This document shows, one piece after another, positions 20,708-30,511 of a stretch of 64,000 nucleotides of DNA (position 1 is its first letter; every line of letters starts with the position of its first letter). The notes below the pieces were generated by a model. The model did not search any database, was not told the origin of the DNA, and saw only the letters and a program-made list of their open reading frames with translations. Where the stretch lies: contig JBAZJB010000001.1 of the NCBI GenBank assembly GCA_041651575.1, forward strand, positions 546,096-610,095, written 5' to 3'. The DNA comes from Candidatus Nanoarchaeia archaeon (GTDB lineage: Archaea > Nanobdellota > Nanobdellia > SCGC-AAA011-G17 > JAFCDX01). A program made the position numbers and the translations under genes.

Positions 20708-20945
20708 TTTTAGTTACCATCCTGCAATGCTATAACAAGATTTATAAATAGTGTCTAAATCGCATATATAAACGTTTTCATTTATCTTTTAAAAGCTTCT
20801 AATGCCCACTAAATAGGTTTAAAATTTTAAAATTATTAGTTTTAGTTTCATTCTAACATAAATATTGCAGAATATAGGTTTTTAGTATTTTTATTGAAAT
20901 CGAAGTCTAAGAAAGATTTAAATCTCAAATCAGTTTATTATTTAT

Positions 20946-21203
20946 ATGCAAAAAAATTATTTAATTGTTTTAATTATTTTTTTATTATTGTTAGCTATAT
21001 TTTTCTTCCCAAAACCTTGTAAAGAAGGGTTTGTGCAAGAAGATGCTATTCAAAAAGATTGTAAATGTTTAGGTATAAAACATGCTTTCTCCTCCATAAA
21101 TAAATGGGCATGTTCAGGATGTGGTTGGAAAACTTATTGTTTAGGAATACCTTATTCTTATTCTTGTGAAAGTATGAGTAAAGGTATAGTTCCTTGTAAT
21201 TAA
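20946..21203 (+). CDS. Small Cys-rich membrane-anchored/secreted protein
   Basis: N-terminal TM, 8 Cys, CKCLG and YCLGI. Confidence 0.65.
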   Translation: MQKNYLIVLIIFLLLLAIFFFPKPCKEGFVQEDAIQKDCKCLGIKHAFSSINKWACSGCGWKTYCLGIPYSYSCESMSKGIVPCN

Positions 21204-21691
21204 AAATTAATTATCCCTAATGCAGGCAATATTCCACCGAAAATTAAAATTAGTAAAACCATTGTATCTCTTATTGTTCTATCTGGTTTTCTTATTTCTA
21301 AATGGAAAAATGCAGTATACAATTCGTAAGCAAGATATAAACTAAAAAAAGCAAGTCCTATTGGAAGAGAAATATATCTTACTGTTAATAATCCTAAAGT
21401 ATTATATAAAAAAGCTAGAGCAACTCCAGAAGAAATTTTATTTAAAGTATAATATTTTCTTAAACTTTCAAAATCTACTATTTTTGATTGCGAAACTAAA
21501 GCTGCTATCCAAAAAGGTATTGATAAAACTAATTGACCTGCAATTAAATTTGATTCTAATAATTCAGATTTTACAGTAAGCATTAAAATAAAAATAGTAA
21601 TAGTTACTCCTAAAAATCTAGCATCAACAGTAACATATTGAGGAGAACGTTTTAATCTCTGAATTTCCTCTCTCCTATCCTCTTTTTTCAT
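21200..21691 (-). CDS. Hypothetical membrane protein
   Basis: About 5 hydrophobic segments. Confidence 0.65.
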   Translation of the reverse strand: MKKEDRREEIQRLKRSPQYVTVDARFLGVTITIFILMLTVKSELLESNLIAGQLVLSIPFWIAALVSQSKIVDFESLRKYYTLNKISSGVALAFLYNTLGLLTVRYISLPIGLAFFSLYLAYELYTAFFHLEIRKPDRTIRDTMVLLILIFGGILPALGIINF

Positions 21692-21725
21692 AAATTTAAT
21701 AAGGTTATAGAATTTAAAAAGTTTG

Positions 21726-22103
21726 TTATATCAAAACTGCGTTTAAAGTTCCTTCTTGCCCAGGTCTTGAAGTTACTTTTGCTTTTCCTAATTCAGTATC
21801 AATTATAGCTCCTTTTGTCATAATGTTTCTTCTAACATAATGTCTATTTGCAGGATTTTCTACAATGGTTTTTATTTTTACAACTTTAGATTTTTTTGTT
21901 TTTGGATTAAATACATTTGCTACATTTGCAGTTAACATTTTTTGTTTTTGACAACCACTTCTTGCTCTTACTGATTTTTTCTTAGTTTCTTGTAAAGAAG
22001 TTAGAATAGGATTTCCTGCTAATTCAGAAATTTTTTTCTTTCTAAAATTAATATATTTTCCACTAGTTATTTTCCTTTTTGCTCTTAAATGCGATCTTAC
22101 CAT
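21726..22103 (-). CDS. rps8e: 30S ribosomal protein S8e
   Basis: NPANRHYVRRNIMTKGAII, VTSRPGQEG. Confidence 0.97.
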   Translation of the reverse strand: MVRSHLRAKRKITSGKYINFRKKKISELAGNPILTSLQETKKKSVRARSGCQKQKMLTANVANVFNPKTKKSKVVKIKTIVENPANRHYVRRNIMTKGAIIDTELGKAKVTSRPGQEGTLNAVLI

Positions 22104-22201
22104 AGAAAAAATGGAGTATTTTCATTTAAAAATCTTTTCCTTTTCAAAAACCGAATAGTTTAAATACTATAAATTAAACAAAATTCTAGGGGGTTTTAAA
22201 T

Positions 22202-22429
22202 ATGCCTGAATCTGAAAGACCTTTAGATGCATTGAATAATGCAAGAAACAAGAAAATAATTGTAGAACTAAAAAATGGTAAACAATTAATAGGAAAGCTA
22301 AAAGCTTTTGATATTCATATTAATGTTGTTCTAGACGATACAGAAGAACGTGAAGCTGGAGAAATAAAAAGGAAGCTTGGAACAACTTTTGTAAGAGGAG
22401 ATACAATAATACTTATTTCACCACAATAA
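22202..22429 (+). CDS. Sm/LSm protein (SmAP1)
   Basis: ERPLD, GKLKAFDIHINVVL, VRGD; upstream of rpl37e. Confidence 0.95.
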   Translation: MPESERPLDALNNARNKKIIVELKNGKQLIGKLKAFDIHINVVLDDTEEREAGEIKRKLGTTFVRGDTIILISPQ

Positions 22430-22442
22430 GTGAGGATTTAAA

Positions 22443-22640
22443 ATGGGAACTGGAACTCCTTCTATGGGTAGAAAATCTGGTAAAAGAAGATTAGTTACTA
22501 GATGCAGACGTTGTGGAAAAAGATCTTATCATGTTAGACATAAGAAATGTTCTTCTTGTGGTTTTGGTAGATCAGCTAAATTAAGAGGCTATAATTGGCA
22601 AAAACCAAATAAAAAGTATATAAAAAAAAGAGCTAAATAA
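22443..22640 (+). CDS. rpl37e: 50S ribosomal protein L37e
   Basis: GTPSMG, CRRCG..SYH....CSSCGFG. Confidence 0.96.
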   Translation: MGTGTPSMGRKSGKRRLVTRCRRCGKRSYHVRHKKCSSCGFGRSAKLRGYNWQKPNKKYIKKRAK

Positions 22641-22680
22641 TTCAAAACCTTTTTAAAATAGATTTCTTTTATATTTGTAT

Positions 22681-22762
22681 GCGGGAATGCCGGAGCGGTC
22701 AAACGGGCTAGGTTTAGGCCCTAGTGCTTAGTGCTACGCAGGTTCGAGTCCTGTTTCCCGCA
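22681..22762 (+). tRNA. tRNA-Leu (TAG)
   Basis: GCGGGAA/TTCCCGC acceptor, CTAGG-TT TAG GC-CCTAG arm, long variable arm. Confidence 0.95.
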
Positions 22763-22812
22763 CTTATTTTTCAATAGAAAAATTTATATACTATAACCAA
22801 CTATAGTTTGAT

Positions 22813-23031
22813 ATGGCAACAACAATTCAAATAACAGAAAATCTTCAAGGAGAACTAAACAAAAAAAAGATTTTTGATAGAGAAACTTATGAAGAAGTTA
22901 TATGGGATTTAATAGAAGATACTAAAGAACTTTCTGAAGAGACAAAAAAAGAACTTGCTCAATCTCGTGAAGAAATTAAAAAAGGAAAAATTCATACTCT
23001 TGAACAAGTTAAAAAAGAGTTAAGATTATAA
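22813..23031 (+). CDS. Putative antitoxin
   Basis: MATTIQI..ETYEEVI..LI, acidic C-terminus; 1-nt overlap with relE. Confidence 0.8.
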   Translation: MATTIQITENLQGELNKKKIFDRETYEEVIWDLIEDTKELSEETKKELAQSREEIKKGKIHTLEQVKKELRL

Positions 23032-23279
23032 TGTATGAAATAATATTTTCAGATACTGCTAAAAAACAGCTTGAAAAATTAGAAAAGAGCGTTCAAGAAA
23101 GAATAATTAAAGCACTTGAAAGAATTAAAATACGCCCAGAATCATATATCACCAAACTTATAGGAGATCCTGGATATAAATTTCGTGTTGGAGATTATCG
23201 TTTAATTTTAGATGTGAATAGAGATAAACTACAAATTCTTGTAATTAAAGTCGGTCATCGTAAAAATGTTTATAATTAA
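23031..23279 (+). CDS. relE: RelE/ParE family toxin
   Basis: AKKQLEKL, YKFRVGDYRLI, VIKVGHRKNVY. Confidence 0.92.
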   Translation: MYEIIFSDTAKKQLEKLEKSVQERIIKALERIKIRPESYITKLIGDPGYKFRVGDYRLILDVNRDKLQILVIKVGHRKNVYN

Positions 23280-24007
23280 TTAAGAATTGCTTTAAATTTC
23301 ATTTCTATTAAAATAATTAAAGAAATTATAATTATTAATACTAAAAAAGAGATTAAGATTGGAACTATTAAAAAAGCCAGAGTATAAATTCCTAAGAAGA
23401 AACAAGCAGTTAGATAAGATATTATTAAAAGAATTAAAACAAAATATAATAAAATTAATTTCCAATTTTTTGCTGATTTTAATATATTTTTAATAGAATT
23501 TATATTTAGATAAGATAATAATAAGAAATATGGAAGTATTAATAATATAATTAAATATATTATTGAAAAAATTAATGAAAATTCTGATAATTGGTTAAAT
23601 AACTTTGATAGTATAAAAATTATTATTAAATAAAAAGGAATTGTTATTATTGAAAATCTTAATAGATATTTTTTAAAATTCTTTTCTTTTGAAAGAGTAT
23701 AAAAATTATAGGATTGGAATATACACCAAATTATAAAAAAAGATAAAGGTATGAATATATACCAAAAATATACCATATTTGATATCATTGAATTTAAATC
23801 TGTTAATTGGGTATTTGCTGCTGCTATATTAGAAGTTATATTTTCTTGTAAAGATTGTTGTATATTTTGTATTTGGTAAGAAACTAAAGTTAATTTTTGA
23901 ATATAAGAGGACATTTGTTTTTTTATAAATAAAGAAATTGAGATTAAAAATACTGTAAAAAGTATGTTAATTGTGAATAGTTTTTTGAATTTAGTTTTTT
24001 TAATCAT
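23276..24007 (-). CDS. Hypothetical polytopic membrane protein
   Basis: About 6 TMs; start overlaps the stop of the giant protein gene. Confidence 0.65.
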   Translation of the reverse strand: MIKKTKFKKLFTINILFTVFLISISLFIKKQMSSYIQKLTLVSYQIQNIQQSLQENITSNIAAANTQLTDLNSMISNMVYFWYIFIPLSFFIIWCIFQSYNFYTLSKEKNFKKYLLRFSIITIPFYLIIIFILSKLFNQLSEFSLIFSIIYLIILLILPYFLLLSYLNINSIKNILKSAKNWKLILLYFVLILLIISYLTACFFLGIYTLAFLIVPILISFLVLIIIISLIILIEMKFKAILN

Positions 24008-27000
24008 TTTATTAAGGCATTATATGCTCCGATAATTAACCACTTATCTATATCTTTTTTTTCTGTTACTCCAGTTAATGTATTATCTTGTTTTGCAAAA
24101 TTTTTTCTAGTAGTATCATCTCCTTCTTTTTCTATTTGAATAATTCTACAATGTTCATCAGCATTACACATTTTTACTATTTGAGTTATACCATTTTTAA
24201 AATCTTTTGTAAAGGTTATTCTTTTACTATTACCTAAAAATATCCACCCTTGATTTGTATTATAAGTATAACTTTCTAAAACAGTATTTTCAAATGTTCT
24301 AATCAAAATGTTTATTCCTTTCAAAGCAATAGTATTACATCTATTGTCCCTCCAAGTACATTTTTCTTTACATTTAGAGATGCATTCAGATTTTGATAAA
24401 CTATAACAAACATCACATTGATCTAGTGGAGTAATAGGCTTGCATTTATTATTTTCCAAAATACAAGTTTTATCACATTGCATACAAAGAAGTTTAGTTT
24501 CTTCTAAATTATTTAAATCATTAAAACTTTCACACTTTCCACCACAATCACTACAAAAGAAATTATAACTTCCGAAGACACTATAAGTAGCATAGCAATC
24601 TGATCCCTTTTTTTCATTGTTACATTCTTCTTTATCACAAGTGTTTAAAGCACCATTTCCACAATCTGAACATTTAGAAATTAATCCCGGAAGTGTAGTT
24701 GATGCTAAATACTTTACTTCTATGGTGGCGGTATTATCTGTTAATCCTTTTAAATTTAATTGCACTCTTTTATTATATTCCTTACAATATACCTCCACAG
24801 GGGTATCTTTATATAATATTTCTCTTACACTTATACCGGTGAAACAAGTTTTTGGTAAAATTATGCTAGCCGTAGTTGGAATAGGTTCTCCTACTCTTTT
24901 TATTTCTTCAACTATTTCTTGCTCACTATCAGATATTACTGAAAGTTTTCTTTCTTTTGCGGTTGTTGTTCCTATACTCTCTAATTTTATCCAAAATTCT
25001 GGAAAATCTTTTAATATTCCTTTTTGCATTTCTCCTTCTTTAATTGTTATTTTTTGTGTATTTGATAAAACAGTTTGTGTAGCAGGATTATTACATGTAT
25101 TTACCTTCCAAATACAAGGGAATAGACAAGCAGCAGGATCAAAAACTTTTGTACAATCGCTCTCTGTTGTTTCACTTCCTCCTCCACCCTTATTATTTAC
25201 ATTTATGGTTTCTTCCACACATTTCTTCTCTACACATCTAAACCCTTTAAGACATTCGTTAACATTATCTCCGCATTCAACTCTTTCAATAGATGTTTTA
25301 ATTGTATCTCCAAGCAACATATAAATTTCTCCAACTCTTATTTGAGACCATATTTTTATAGAAGTATCTAAAGAATATTGTGATAATTCTACATAATTTA
25401 TTACTGCTTCATTATTTGAAGGAATATCTTTTTCTGTTTTTTCTTTATTAAAACCTTTAAAATCATTTCCAGATAATAAACCAATCAAAATTTCTTTTTT
25501 GCTTTCTAAATTTTTATTTTCTTTAGCAAGACTTAATTTAGATTCTAATTCTGCAAAATAAGCTTTACTTTTTTGTACATCAAATAAACCCGCTAAAATT
25601 TCATTATATTTTGCTGTTCCTTCATCCATTTGTTTCTTATTCAAAGCAAAGGCATTCATTACATCCTCTCTTTTTTCTTTATTTTTTATATCAATTGTCT
25701 TTGTATTTATCCAACAAATACCTAAATCATTTCCAGATTTATCTTTTCCACAAGTACTTCCTGCAATTGGACTCCAATCATTTGCATTGGTTCCAGAACC
25801 AGGATTTATAGTAGAACAAGTTCTTACAATTCCAGTACTTATTGCACCATATTCTTCTGGTAAAACTACACTTCCCAAACTCGTACTTAAGGTAGGAGAA
25901 TCAGGAACACATTGTTTTTGAGAAGTTATTTTTCTAGCTGCTTCGTTTTGTACAATCTCATCATTTAATGCATTCAAAGCATAATTGGTAGTTACTTTTC
26001 CAAATCCACATTCTGTACTTCCACTTATAGAAACACAAATTTTAGTCATTCCAGGTTTATCAAATACTTTATTATTTTTATCAGCATATTTTCCATATTC
26101 AATTATTTCATAAGCAGATCCTCTCTGTTCTGAAGTTACTGGTATAGAATATCCTTGATCATCCACCAAATAAACAGCATATTTTACTCCTTTTGAATTT
26201 ACTCCTGTTCTTAATGCTTCAGGAATACTTCCTGCATATATGTGGAAATAAACATTATACAAAGACATTTCTTGTAAATTTCCTAGTTTATTTGTTCCAG
26301 TTGAAGGAATATTTCCTGCTTCTGTTATATAAGGAGATTCATCAAATTCAGCATAAAATTGTGGAGGATTTTCTGGCTCAGAAATTTGATCTAATAAACT
26401 TCCTACTTCGGCAAACTTTCCAAATATTGCAGCCTTACAAATTTTTGTACCAAATTCTTGTGTGCTCATTGCATTATAAGCACTAAATGCACTTGAGGCA
26501 TATTCTTTTGTAAAGTAATTAACCATATTAGAGGTTGTTTCCATATTTGTAGTAAAGTCTAAATATTCAGAACCTCCAGAATTTATTCCAAACATTTTTT
26601 CTGAAATAAAGTTTATCAATCCTCCCTGCATATTAAAAGTATTAATTATTTCTTTCCATAATAATTCACATATTCCTAAGGATCTTATTTTATCACAAAT
26701 TCCGATATTTTCATGATTTATTTTTGAAGTATGTAGACATTGAACAAATCCTTCTAACAAAGACCTTATACTTTTTAATCCAGCAGAAATTCCAGGCAAG
26801 CAAATAGGTAAAGGGGTTTCTGGATAATTTGGCATTCCTAAAACCAATGAACCAATAATTCCTGTTTCTACAACACTTCCAGAAACTTCATAATTGCCTC
26901 CTAAATTAAATCTTGAATTAGGACACATTACAGGATCACAAACTGCAAACAAAGTCTTACAATCATCTGGATCCATAAAATCTTGACAATTTGCATTTGT

Positions 27001-30000
27001 ACTTGATTGTGCTAATTTATATCCTTGCATACTACACAAGAAAGGTCTATTTGTATTTGGATTTAAAGAACCCATTAAAGAACCTCCTTCTGTACAAGTA
27101 CTTGATTTATATTTTGCTACCAAGTTTTGACACAATCCCTTTGTATCTTCTCTGGTATTGATTACATCTTTTCCTGCAATTAATCTATCTTCTCCAGAAC
27201 AAAGTAATCCATCTGCTCCAACATTCCAATATTCACAATCATTAGGAGTTCCATATTCATACCAACTTAATATTTTTACAAAATTACCATTAGAACCTGT
27301 TGGAAGACAGAAAGGTTTTCCTTTTTCTATAAATTCTGCTTTTGCATTTTGAGCATATTTATCATTTAATCCAGAATCAGCCGATTTTAATGATTGAAGT
27401 GCAATTATATATTTATCATCCTTAGTAGTATCTTTATAAACATTATATCCTTGGAATTTCCATTCAGAGTCTAAACATGTTTTTTTAGTTGATTCAGAAG
27501 AACATATTATATTTTTAACATTTTCCGGTGCATCACTTACCTTAAGTAATTTATAAGTTCCAGAATCTGTTATTGTTACTTTTCCAGTAGTGGAATCTAT
27601 ATTTGTAGAATAAGTAGTTGCGGTAATTCCAGTCTCAATATTAGTTTCAGATACTAAAGGTTCTATTTTTACATTTTTAGCATCTATCCCGAATTCGTTA
27701 TTAAATTGATTAATATATCTCTTTTCATCCTCAGGACTGATTTTAGCATTTGTATCTAAAACTCCCAATGCCAGGTTGTATAAATATTGGAATCTGCTAG
27801 TTGCTTCTGTTTTTTTATTTGCAGATAATTCATTAAAATTTGTTGTTCCTATATTAGATTTCTCATATGCTGCATCATATGCATTTAATTTATTTTTAAT
27901 AGAATTTTTTGCATCATCACATTTATCTTCTCTATATTCATCTATTCCTAAATTTTCATTTTTCATATCCACACAATAAAATTGATAATCTAAAAATTGA
28001 GCTTTATCAACAGGATTTGCTATTAAAGCATTTTTATTTAATTCTGCTGCATTTTCAATTATTTTTTTATTTTCATCATTATCATAAAGGTCAATTCCAC
28101 TTAAACAAGAATTATCTTTTGAAGTAAGGCAATCATTTCTTTTACCTACCAAACCTTCTGCAACATTTAATGTAGATTCAATTTCATCAGCTTTATCAGT
28201 AAGACATTGACTCATTGTTTTTTTCTCAGGACTGCTTAAAATTTCTTTCTTACATTCATCATTATACATCGGCATTACTTCTTTTCTTGCTAAGGCTCTA
28301 TCTGCTGCACCTGCAGTAAAAGCATTTTTAACAATTAATAAACCATAAGTAACCATACATACATTCTTCCAAACTTTTATTATATCATCAAGTTGTTTTA
28401 TAAATTTACTAAGTTGGTCTATTTGTTTTTGAGTTGCATTTATCATTTTATCAATCTGTTCTGGAGTCCATTCTATCATTCTTTTATCTACACCTAAATG
28501 AACTTGGAAATTTGAAGTAGAATATGCTTCTCCTGTTCCAGGATAAACTGTAACATATGCTCTTTTCTTTGAATTTATTTTTTTAAGAGAAATATCCACT
28601 ATAGAATTTTGTACTGGTTTTCCATCGGTCCCTATATCTTTATAAATTGTAGTTGCTTTTCCAGGATTAATATATACTGTTTGTTCAGAAACCTCTGAGG
28701 TTACACCTAAGGTGGATTTTGTCTGACGTTTTCTGGATAAATAAACTGTATTACTATCTATTTTATCTATATACCAAATTAATTTCTCTCCTACAGAATT
28801 AAATTGATAACTTGTTCCATCAAGTATAGATATAGGTTCTCCTTCTCTATAAATACCTGATACTCCTCCAATAGTTAATTCTGCAGTAGATTTATCTGCT
28901 TCAGCCACAGGAATTATATCTACTAAACTGACAAATGCTCCTTCATCTTCTAAATAAACCATCTCTGATTTTGAATTTGTATAAAGATCATTTTTTAATT
29001 GGGCTATTTTTGTTGTAATTTCATTTGTCTGTTCTGCATGGCCATAATAATAAATTGCTATTTTTTTTGCATTAAATGAATCTGTATTTACAGGAAGTAT
29101 ATCTGACAATCTTTCATAATTTTGTCCAATTAAATCATAAGCATAATAAGTATATTTTTGATTATCTCCTGCATCTTTTATTGAGTCTTTTAATTTTTGT
29201 ATAGAAGTACAATATAATTTCATTGCATTATCATTATCATTTTTATCGTTATTACTTTTAACTAAATCATTTAAAGTTGGAGTTTCTTGTAATATATTTT
29301 TATCACAAAGATTATTTTCTATTCCTTCAACTTGAACTTTATCAGATAAAATAAGAGTTTCTGTCTCTCCTGTAGCTTTATCATTATATGTTCTATATAA
29401 AATTTTTATATCTCCATAAGAATTTCTTATTATTACTTGTTGAGTTGTTAATTTTTGAGCACTTCCTGCAGATACACATTTTCCACTATAACACGTTAAT
29501 CCACTTGGACAATTAGCATCAGTCTTACAACTTATTTCAGTAGTATCATTAGAAATTGAATCTATTATCCAATTTGAACCAGAATAAATTTTCATTCCTC
29601 TTGCAATTGTTTTTGTAGTTTGTTCTCCATTAACTGTAACTTTTAGCTGAGCAGTATCTTCTGGTTCACTTACTTCATTTAATTTTAAAGTAAACCTATC
29701 ATTAAAAAATGAAGAAGAACCAGGTAAAGACATTGTTCTTGAATCTCCTTTGGTTAAAACAACAATTCCTCTTCTTTCTAATTCACTTGCGTCTCCAATT
29801 CCCAATAATCCAAAACCAGAACCATAAACTTGTATATAGGCCCTATTCCCTTCAATTTTAGTAACTCTCAAATAACCTTTTCCATTCCAAAAAGAATTTG
29901 AAATAGAATCTGTTTTTTTCCAATCCTCTTCAACAGAAGATTCTTTTAAAATTAAATCCTGTGCAGATACATCTCCAAAACCTCTATTAAAATCAAAATA

Positions 30001-30510
30001 TAATTTTAAAGTTAAATTTAAATCTATTTTTTCTGGAACTTTTGTCTCATCTTTTACTTGTTTTAATAATAAATAAATATATCCCATATTATCTAAACTT
30101 CTTGCATAAGTTTGTGGCATTATAAATTGTGGTTGAGAAGCTAAATATTCTGTAGAACCAGAAACAGAAACGTACCCTGATTTTATTATTGGTTGTCCTA
30201 TAAATGGTTCGGATTCAGGAGAATTTTCTTGCATAAATAAAGAACCCAATGTACTTCCTTCAAGATAAACAACAACAGGAACATTTCTTGATTCTATAAG
30301 TGAAGAAGCAATTACTGGAGGTTGATAGTTTACTACATTAACAATTATAGCTTCTCCTAAATCTTGATTATCTAAATTATTTTCAATTGCAGAAGTTGGG
30401 AAAGTTGGATTTATAGTCATATCTTCTACAGAATAAACAGAAGCAGGAACAATCAAAATAGTTATCACTATCATAAACATTGCTATTATTATTTTATTTA
30501 TTTCTTTCAT
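24004..30510 (-). CDS. Giant (2168 aa) Cys-rich secreted/membrane protein
   Basis: N-terminal signal/TM; many Cys pairs, CxxDxxCxxGxxC modules, central coiled coil plus hydrophobic segment. Confidence 0.8.
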   Translation of the reverse strand: MKEINKIIIAMFMIVITILIVPASVYSVEDMTINPTFPTSAIENNLDNQDLGEAIIVNVVNYQPPVIASSLIESRNVPVVVYLEGSTLGSLFMQENSPESEPFIGQPIIKSGYVSVSGSTEYLASQPQFIMPQTYARSLDNMGYIYLLLKQVKDETKVPEKIDLNLTLKLYFDFNRGFGDVSAQDLILKESSVEEDWKKTDSISNSFWNGKGYLRVTKIEGNRAYIQVYGSGFGLLGIGDASELERRGIVVLTKGDSRTMSLPGSSSFFNDRFTLKLNEVSEPEDTAQLKVTVNGEQTTKTIARGMKIYSGSNWIIDSISNDTTEISCKTDANCPSGLTCYSGKCVSAGSAQKLTTQQVIIRNSYGDIKILYRTYNDKATGETETLILSDKVQVEGIENNLCDKNILQETPTLNDLVKSNNDKNDNDNAMKLYCTSIQKLKDSIKDAGDNQKYTYYAYDLIGQNYERLSDILPVNTDSFNAKKIAIYYYGHAEQTNEITTKIAQLKNDLYTNSKSEMVYLEDEGAFVSLVDIIPVAEADKSTAELTIGGVSGIYREGEPISILDGTSYQFNSVGEKLIWYIDKIDSNTVYLSRKRQTKSTLGVTSEVSEQTVYINPGKATTIYKDIGTDGKPVQNSIVDISLKKINSKKRAYVTVYPGTGEAYSTSNFQVHLGVDKRMIEWTPEQIDKMINATQKQIDQLSKFIKQLDDIIKVWKNVCMVTYGLLIVKNAFTAGAADRALARKEVMPMYNDECKKEILSSPEKKTMSQCLTDKADEIESTLNVAEGLVGKRNDCLTSKDNSCLSGIDLYDNDENKKIIENAAELNKNALIANPVDKAQFLDYQFYCVDMKNENLGIDEYREDKCDDAKNSIKNKLNAYDAAYEKSNIGTTNFNELSANKKTEATSRFQYLYNLALGVLDTNAKISPEDEKRYINQFNNEFGIDAKNVKIEPLVSETNIETGITATTYSTNIDSTTGKVTITDSGTYKLLKVSDAPENVKNIICSSESTKKTCLDSEWKFQGYNVYKDTTKDDKYIIALQSLKSADSGLNDKYAQNAKAEFIEKGKPFCLPTGSNGNFVKILSWYEYGTPNDCEYWNVGADGLLCSGEDRLIAGKDVINTREDTKGLCQNLVAKYKSSTCTEGGSLMGSLNPNTNRPFLCSMQGYKLAQSSTNANCQDFMDPDDCKTLFAVCDPVMCPNSRFNLGGNYEVSGSVVETGIIGSLVLGMPNYPETPLPICLPGISAGLKSIRSLLEGFVQCLHTSKINHENIGICDKIRSLGICELLWKEIINTFNMQGGLINFISEKMFGINSGGSEYLDFTTNMETTSNMVNYFTKEYASSAFSAYNAMSTQEFGTKICKAAIFGKFAEVGSLLDQISEPENPPQFYAEFDESPYITEAGNIPSTGTNKLGNLQEMSLYNVYFHIYAGSIPEALRTGVNSKGVKYAVYLVDDQGYSIPVTSEQRGSAYEIIEYGKYADKNNKVFDKPGMTKICVSISGSTECGFGKVTTNYALNALNDEIVQNEAARKITSQKQCVPDSPTLSTSLGSVVLPEEYGAISTGIVRTCSTINPGSGTNANDWSPIAGSTCGKDKSGNDLGICWINTKTIDIKNKEKREDVMNAFALNKKQMDEGTAKYNEILAGLFDVQKSKAYFAELESKLSLAKENKNLESKKEILIGLLSGNDFKGFNKEKTEKDIPSNNEAVINYVELSQYSLDTSIKIWSQIRVGEIYMLLGDTIKTSIERVECGDNVNECLKGFRCVEKKCVEETINVNNKGGGGSETTESDCTKVFDPAACLFPCIWKVNTCNNPATQTVLSNTQKITIKEGEMQKGILKDFPEFWIKLESIGTTTAKERKLSVISDSEQEIVEEIKRVGEPIPTTASIILPKTCFTGISVREILYKDTPVEVYCKEYNKRVQLNLKGLTDNTATIEVKYLASTTLPGLISKCSDCGNGALNTCDKEECNNEKKGSDCYATYSVFGSYNFFCSDCGGKCESFNDLNNLEETKLLCMQCDKTCILENNKCKPITPLDQCDVCYSLSKSECISKCKEKCTWRDNRCNTIALKGINILIRTFENTVLESYTYNTNQGWIFLGNSKRITFTKDFKNGITQIVKMCNADEHCRIIQIEKEGDDTTRKNFAKQDNTLTGVTEKKDIDKWLIIGAYNALIK

Positions 30511-30511
30511 T

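Noticed and set aside
22681..23279. Integrated element at tRNA-Leu marked by the toxin-antitoxin pair
   Set aside because: No integrase nearby and no duplicated tRNA 3' end found; it looks like a solitary TA module.
24617..28127. Plus-strand ORFs inside the giant gene (and similar antisense ORFs such as 1993-2280, 4888-5193, 47363-47761, 49057-49725)
   Set aside because: Shadow frames opposite well-supported genes or tRNAs, with no recognisable motifs.
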